Of a stretch of DNA of 24,000 nt, positions 19,063 to 24,000 are shown piece by piece. Every line of letters begins with the position of its first letter. The stretch's first letter is position 1. The notes beneath the pieces are model-generated. The model searched no databases. It had not been told where the DNA came from and saw nothing but the letters and a program-made list of their open reading frames with translations. The stretch covers positions 2,801,483 through 2,825,482 of the forward strand of contig NZ_CP104011.1 of NCBI RefSeq assembly GCF_025133575.1. The letters run 5' to 3'. The position numbers were made by a program, and so were the translations under genes. Origin of the DNA: Pseudomonas sp. GCEP-101. GTDB taxonomy: Bacteria > Pseudomonadota > Gammaproteobacteria > Pseudomonadales > Pseudomonadaceae.

Positions 19063-21570
19063 ATGCCCGATTCCGTTGCTGCCGGCCTGCGCCTGGCGCC
19101 CGATGAACTGACCCGCCCCTTCACCCCCGAACAGTTTCCCTTCAAGACCACCGAAGAACTGGAGCCTTTCCTGGGCGTGCTTGGACAGGAGCGCGCGGTC
19201 GAGGCGCTGCAGTTCGGCGTGGCGATGCCGCGTCCGGGGTACAACGTGTTCGTCATGGGCGAGCCGGGTACCGGTCGCTTCTCGTTCGTGCAGCGTTACC
19301 TGAAGGCCGAGGGCAAGCGCCTGCCGACGCCGGCCGACTGGGTCTACGTCAACAATTTCGATGATTCCCGCGAGCCGCGGGTGATCGAGCTGCCGCCGGG
19401 CAGCGCCGCCGAGTTCGGTTCCGATATCGATCACCTGATCGACAACCTGCTGTCCACCTTCCCCTCGGTGTTCGAGAACCCGGCCTACCAGCAGAAGAAG
19501 AGCGCCATCGACCGCGCCTTCAATCAGCGCTACGACAAGGCCCTGGATACCGTCGAGCGCCTGGCGCTGGAGAAGGAGGTCGCCCTCTATCGCGACAGCG
19601 CCAACATCGCCTTCACCCCGATGAAGGACGGCAAGGCGCTGGATGAAGCCGAATTCGCCCAGTTGCCGGAAGAGGAGCGCGAGCGCTTCCACGCCGACAT
19701 CGCCGACCTGGAGGAGCACCTCAACGAGGAGCTGTCCAGCCTGCCGCAGTGGAAGCGCGAATCGAGCAACCAGCTGCGCCAGCTCAACGAGGAAACCATC
19801 ACCCTGGCGCTGCAGCCGCTGCTGGCGCCGCTGGTGGAGAAGTACAACAACAATTCCGGGGTCAGCGCCTACCTGCAGGCCATGCAGCTCAACCTGCTGA
19901 AGACCGTGGTCGACCAGTTGGTGGACGCCGAGCGCACCGACCCGCAGCGCAAGCAGAGCCTGGAAGAGCAGTACGCGCCGAACCAGGCCATAGCCCACCA
20001 CGCCACCAGCGGTGCGCCGGTGGTGTTCGAGTCGCACCCGACCTACGACAACCTGTTCGGCCGTATCGAATACGCTTCCGACCAGGGCGCGCTCTACACC
20101 AGCTACCGCCAGCTGCGCCCCGGTGCGCTGCACCGCGCCAACGGTGGCTTCCTGGTGCTGGAGGCGGAGAAGTTGCTCAGCGAGCCGTTCGTCTGGGACG
20201 CCCTCAAGCGTGCGCTGCAATCGCGCCAGTTGAAGATGGAGTCGCCGCTGGCCGAGCTGGGCCGCCTGACCGCCATGAGCCTGACGCCCCAGGTGATCCC
20301 GCTGAATATCAAGGTGATCATCATCGGCTCGCGGCAGATCTACTACACGCTGCAGGACCTCGATCCGGACTTCCAGGAGATGTTCCGCGTGCTGGTGGAC
20401 TTCGACGAGGACATCCCGCTCGCCGAGGACAGCCTTGAGCAGTTCGCCCAACTGCTCAAGACCCGCACCTCGGAAGAGGGCCTGGCGCCGCTCACCCGCG
20501 AGGCCGTCGCGCGCCTGGCCACCTACAGCGCCCGCCTGGCCGAGCACCAGGGGCGCCTGTCGGCGCGGATTGGTGATCTGTTCCAGCTGGTCAGCGAAGC
20601 GGACTTCATCCGCCAGTTGGCCGGCCAGGAAGTGACCGACCTGGGCCACATCGAGCGTGCCCTGAAGGCCAAGGAAACCCGCACCGGCCGGGTGTCGGCG
20701 CGGATTCTCGACGACATCCTCGCCGGCATCATCCTGATCGACACCGAAGGCGCCGCCGTAGGCAAGTGCAACGGCCTGACCGTGCTGGAAGTGGGTGATT
20801 CCGCCTTCGGCATGCCAGCGCGCATCTCCGCCACCGTCTATCCGGGCGGCAGCGGCATCGTCGACATCGAGCGCGAGGTCAACCTCGGCCAGCCGATCCA
20901 CTCCAAGGGCGTGATGATCCTCACCGGTTACCTCGGCAGCCGTTACGCCCAGGAATTCCCCCTGGAGATCTCCGCCAGCATCGCCCTGGAGCAGTCCTAC
21001 GGCTACGTGGACGGCGACAGCGCCTCGCTGGGCGAGGTCTGCACGCTGATCTCCGCCCTGTCGCGCACGCCGCTGCGGCAGTGCTTCGCCATCACCGGCT
21101 CGATCAACCAGTTCGGTGAAGTGCAGGCCGTGGGCGGGGTCAACGAGAAGATCGAAGGCTTCTTCCGCCTCTGCGAGGCCCGTGGCCTGACCGGCGAGCA
21201 GGGGGTGATCATTCCGCGCGCCAACGTCGCCACCCTGATGCTCGACGAGCGCGTGCTGCAGGCGGTGCGCAACGGCCAGTTCCACATCTACGCCGTGCGC
21301 CAGGCCGACGAGGCGCTGAGCCTGCTGGTCGGCGAGCCGGCCGGTGCGCCGGACGCCAAGGGCCATTTCCCCACGGGCAGCGTCAACGCCCGCGTGGTGG
21401 AGCGCCTGAAGGAAATCTCCGAGCTGGGCATGGACGAGGAGGACAAGGAAAAGCCGGCCAAGGAGCCTGCCGCCGCCAAGCCGGCCAGCAAGCCGAAAAC
21501 CGAGAAGGTGCCGGCGGAGAAGCCGCCAGTGGAAAAAGAACGCGCCCGCCGGAAGAAGGACGCCGACTGA
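19063..21570 (+). CDS. Lon-like protease (AAA+-like module plus S16 Lon proteolytic domain; YcbZ/LonH-like)
   Basis: 835-aa ORF. The P-loop-like segment is VMGEPGTGRFS. The C-terminal Lon domain has the Ser motif YVDGDSASLGEV and the Lys motif GGVNEKIEGF. A Lys/Pro/Glu-rich tail follows. Confidence 0.88.
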   Translation: MPDSVAAGLRLAPDELTRPFTPEQFPFKTTEELEPFLGVLGQERAVEALQFGVAMPRPGYNVFVMGEPGTGRFSFVQRYLKAEGKRLPTPADWVYVNNFDDSREPRVIELPPGSAAEFGSDIDHLIDNLLSTFPSVFENPAYQQKKSAIDRAFNQRYDKALDTVERLALEKEVALYRDSANIAFTPMKDGKALDEAEFAQLPEEERERFHADIADLEEHLNEELSSLPQWKRESSNQLRQLNEETITLALQPLLAPLVEKYNNNSGVSAYLQAMQLNLLKTVVDQLVDAERTDPQRKQSLEEQYAPNQAIAHHATSGAPVVFESHPTYDNLFGRIEYASDQGALYTSYRQLRPGALHRANGGFLVLEAEKLLSEPFVWDALKRALQSRQLKMESPLAELGRLTAMSLTPQVIPLNIKVIIIGSRQIYYTLQDLDPDFQEMFRVLVDFDEDIPLAEDSLEQFAQLLKTRTSEEGLAPLTREAVARLATYSARLAEHQGRLSARIGDLFQLVSEADFIRQLAGQEVTDLGHIERALKAKETRTGRVSARILDDILAGIILIDTEGAAVGKCNGLTVLEVGDSAFGMPARISATVYPGGSGIVDIEREVNLGQPIHSKGVMILTGYLGSRYAQEFPLEISASIALEQSYGYVDGDSASLGEVCTLISALSRTPLRQCFAITGSINQFGEVQAVGGVNEKIEGFFRLCEARGLTGEQGVIIPRANVATLMLDERVLQAVRNGQFHIYAVRQADEALSLLVGEPAGAPDAKGHFPTGSVNARVVERLKEISELGMDEEDKEKPAKEPAAAKPASKPKTEKVPAEKPPVEKERARRKKDAD

Positions 21571-21583
21571 CCGTCGGGCGGGG

Positions 21584-21620
21584 CAGGGGCGCCGCCGCGG
21601 CGCTCCTGTCCGCTGGTTTT
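21584..21620 (+). terminator. Likely terminator after the Lon-like gene
   Basis: caggggcgccg-ccg-cggcgctcctg is an 11-bp stem with one G:U pair. It is followed by tccgctggtttt. Confidence 0.55.
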
Positions 21621-21718
21621 ACACACCGTTGCCTGCAACATACGGGGATAAATCCGCGCTTTCGCGTGTCGGAACCTGGGTGTAGTCTCGAACTCAGGAC
21701 AACCGCGAGGGTGCCGCC

Positions 21719-22060
21719 ATGCCGCGTAACCTCTGCCTCATCCGCCCCTGTCTGGGGCTGACCACGCGCATCGAGTGCGAGATCAGGCCGCTGGCCGGAG
21801 AGAATGGACTCTGGACCTTGTTGTGCGCTGCCGGCATGTCCGGCGCGCAGCCCACCGCCATCAAGGCGCAGGGCCCGTTCTGCGGGCCTTTCGTGGCGGA
21901 AGGCGTGCTCGACGCGATCTCCGACTGCCTGGCCCAGCAGGGCTACATCGTGGCAGACGACCCGCCCATCTGGCAGTTGCACCTGCAAGGCGAACTGCGC
22001 CGCCTGAACGGCGAACGCTCGCGCCATGTGGGCAATTTCCAGTTCCGCCCGGAAGGTTGA
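21719..22060 (+). CDS. Conserved hypothetical protein
   Basis: 113-aa ORF with GAGGG 7 nt upstream of the ATG and GC3-rich codon usage like its neighbours. I recognise no domain. Confidence 0.65.
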   Translation: MPRNLCLIRPCLGLTTRIECEIRPLAGENGLWTLLCAAGMSGAQPTAIKAQGPFCGPFVAEGVLDAISDCLAQQGYIVADDPPIWQLHLQGELRRLNGERSRHVGNFQFRPEG

Positions 22061-22231
22061 CGGTCGATTGCGCAGCCCCTGCACAATCCGCTGAAGCCCG
22101 CGGGGCGCCTGGACGCTGCGGTTTCATACCGTGGCCGCCCACATATTTATCCACAGAAATCCGGGATAACTTGTAAACCTCATCCGTTATACTGCGGCCG
22201 CCCTTTTCCCAAGACCTTTCCTACGAACACC

Positions 22232-22726
22232 ATGGAACGATTCGTCGAAAACTCCCTGTACGCGGCGCGCTGGCTGCTGGCGCCGATCTACATCGGCCTG
22301 TCGCTGGCCCTGCTGGCGCTGACCATCAAATTCTTCCAGGAAATCTTCCACATCCTGCCGAGCATCTTCACGATTGCCGAAGCGGACCTGATCCTGGTGC
22401 TGCTGTCGCTGATCGACATGGCGCTGGTCGGCGGCCTGCTGGTGATGGTGATGTTCTCCGGCTACGAGAACTTCGTGTCGCAGCTGGACATCGACGAAGG
22501 CAAGGAAAAGCTCAGCTGGCTGGGCAAGATGGACGCCAGTTCGCTGAAGAACAAGGTGGCTGCTTCCATCGTGGCGATTTCCTCGATCCACCTGCTGCGC
22601 ATCTTCATGGATGCCAAGAACATCGATGACAACAAGCTGATGTGGTACGTGATCATGCACCTCACGTTCGTCCTCTCGGCGTTTGCCATGGGTTACCTGG
22701 ACAAGGCCACGCGCCACGATCACTGA
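22232..22726 (+). CDS. yqhA: UPF0114 family inner-membrane protein YqhA
   Basis: 164-aa ORF reading [30 protein letters not shown]...[18 protein letters not shown]. This is the characteristic YqhA pattern, with about 4 TM helices. Confidence 0.88.
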   Translation: MERFVENSLYAARWLLAPIYIGLSLALLALTIKFFQEIFHILPSIFTIAEADLILVLLSLIDMALVGGLLVMVMFSGYENFVSQLDIDEGKEKLSWLGKMDASSLKNKVAASIVAISSIHLLRIFMDAKNIDDNKLMWYVIMHLTFVLSAFAMGYLDKATRHDH

Positions 22727-22851
22727 GGTTCCCCCGCGCTATCCCCTCCGCCCGGCCGTTGCAAAACGGACGGGCGGTTGCGTTTTCGGCTTGCGGTGGG
22801 CCCCGGCTGGTCAAGACTTCTGCGTGGATCAACCCGCAGGAGGTGCAGCAT

Positions 22852-23148
22852 ATGAATCTGCAGGAACTGACCAGACGTTCCGTCGCCGGTGACATCGACG
22901 AAATCAACCTGGTGTCGCTGGAAGGCGATATCTATGTGCTGGAGGCGCGAATGGGCGCGCGCTTCTACCCGGTGCAGGACGAGGCCGGGCACGTCATCAG
23001 CGTGCGTTCGGTCGCCCACGCGCGGGAGGTGCTCAAGGCGCTGCCCAGCGTTCCGTTCCATCTGGTGCATGCGGTGGTGCATGACGAGATGTGCGGCATG
23101 GACGATGAGCGCGACATCGGCGCGGGCGTGACCATCCCGCTGCACTAG
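22852..23148 (+). CDS. Small conserved hypothetical protein
   Basis: ORF 22642..23148 trimmed to ATG 22852, which is preceded by GGAGG (22839-22843). Length is 98 aa (MNLQELTRRSVAGDIDEINLVSLEGDIYVLEAR...). Confidence 0.7.
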   Translation: MNLQELTRRSVAGDIDEINLVSLEGDIYVLEARMGARFYPVQDEAGHVISVRSVAHAREVLKALPSVPFHLVHAVVHDEMCGMDDERDIGAGVTIPLH

Positions 23149-23250
23149 CGTGGCCAGGACTCCCGCCGCGCGAGGCATGCGCGGTGGGGGAGGCGGAGCA
23201 TCTGTGCTAGGCTGGCGGCCCTTTTTCGAACCCCCAGCGGAGCGCCCGCC

Positions 23251-23868
23251 ATGAGCGAACTCAACCTTTCCACCGACGAAGCCCGCGTCAGCTACGGCAT
23301 CGGCCGTCAGCTGGGCGACCAGCTGCGCGAGAACCCCGTTCCGGGCATGACCCTCGACGCCATCCTGGCTGGCCTGTCCGACGCCTACGCCGGTGCCGAA
23401 AGCCGCGTGCCGGGCGAAGCCCTGTCCGCCAGTTTCCAGGTGATCCGCGAGCGCATGCAGGCCGAAGCCCAGGCGAAAGCCGAAGCCGCCGCCGCCGTTG
23501 GCCGTGACTACCTGGTGGAAAACGCCAAGCGCGAAGGCGTGACCGTCCTGCCGTCCGGCCTGCAGTACGAAGTGCTGACCACCGGCGAAGGCGCCAAGCC
23601 GTCCCGCGAGGACACCGTGCGCACCCACTACCACGGTACCCTGGTCGACGGCACCGTGTTCGACAGCTCCTACGAGCGTGGCCAGCCGGCGGAATTCCCG
23701 GTCGGTGGCGTGATTGCCGGCTGGGTCGAGGCCCTGCAACTGATGAACGCCGGCAGCAAGTGGCGCCTGCACGTGCCGAGCGAGCTGGCCTACGGCGGCC
23801 AGGCCGTCGGTAGCATCCCGCCGCACAGCGTGCTGGTGTTCGACGTCGAGCTGCTGGATATCCTCTGA
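23251..23868 (+). CDS. fklB: FKBP-type peptidyl-prolyl cis-trans isomerase
   Basis: 205-aa ORF. It has an N-terminal dimerisation helix region and a C-terminal FKBP domain (VRTHYHGTLVDGTVFDSSYERGQPAEFPVGGVIAGWVEALQLMNAGSKWRLHVPSELAYG). Confidence 0.92.
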   Translation: MSELNLSTDEARVSYGIGRQLGDQLRENPVPGMTLDAILAGLSDAYAGAESRVPGEALSASFQVIRERMQAEAQAKAEAAAAVGRDYLVENAKREGVTVLPSGLQYEVLTTGEGAKPSREDTVRTHYHGTLVDGTVFDSSYERGQPAEFPVGGVIAGWVEALQLMNAGSKWRLHVPSELAYGGQAVGSIPPHSVLVFDVELLDIL

Positions 23869-23917
23869 TTCCCGACGGTTCGCTGCGCAGCGCCATCCCT
23901 GGCGACTGCGCAGGAAG

Positions 23918-23941
23918 AAAGGGGCGCTCAGGCGCCCCTTT
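23918..23941 (+). terminator. Rho-independent terminator after fklB
   Basis: aaaggggcgc-tcag-gcgccccttt is a 10-bp stem that includes a terminal T run. Confidence 0.75.
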
Positions 23942-24000
23942 GTGCATCCGCCTCCCGGGCGGCGGAGCACCGGCGGCGCATCCTGCACCGCCACAATCAC

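Overview
High-GC (~65%) chromosomal DNA that looks like Pseudomonas. Gene content and order resemble, from memory, the P. aeruginosa PAO1 fklB-ccpR-gdhA neighbourhood (about PA4572-PA4588, plus ettA). Most of the window is ordinary housekeeping sequence. Left to right: the 5' two-thirds of a membrane-bound multi-PAS GGDEF protein (minus strand, runs off the left edge), ettA, a small secreted coiled-coil protein, gdhA, an inverted REP pair, ccpR with an Anr/FNR box, and a lipoprotein. Next comes an expanded sigma54/RtcR-controlled RNA-repair locus, followed by a DUF4105/DUF3015 pair, a DksA/TraR zinc-finger protein, a Lon-like protease, two small hypotheticals, yqhA and fklB. The long, Ala/Gly/Val/Arg-rich ORFs lying antisense to these genes are high-GC shadow ORFs. 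The part worth a second look is the rtc locus (about 9.0-16.0 kb). rtcR is divergent from a predicted sigma54 promoter. That promoter's transcript would first carry two directly abutting tRNA-like cloverleafs with non-canonical anticodon loops, then a stand-alone anticodon-stem-loop mimic. It then encodes an SPFH/band-7 protein interrupted by one in-frame TAG, a basic zinc-ribbon protein, RtcB, an RlaP-type nucleotidyltransferase and RtcA. No Ro/Rsr gene is present, so these tRNA mimics are not a standard Rsr-linked Y-RNA arrangement. No CRISPR array, integrase, transposase or rRNA was seen.
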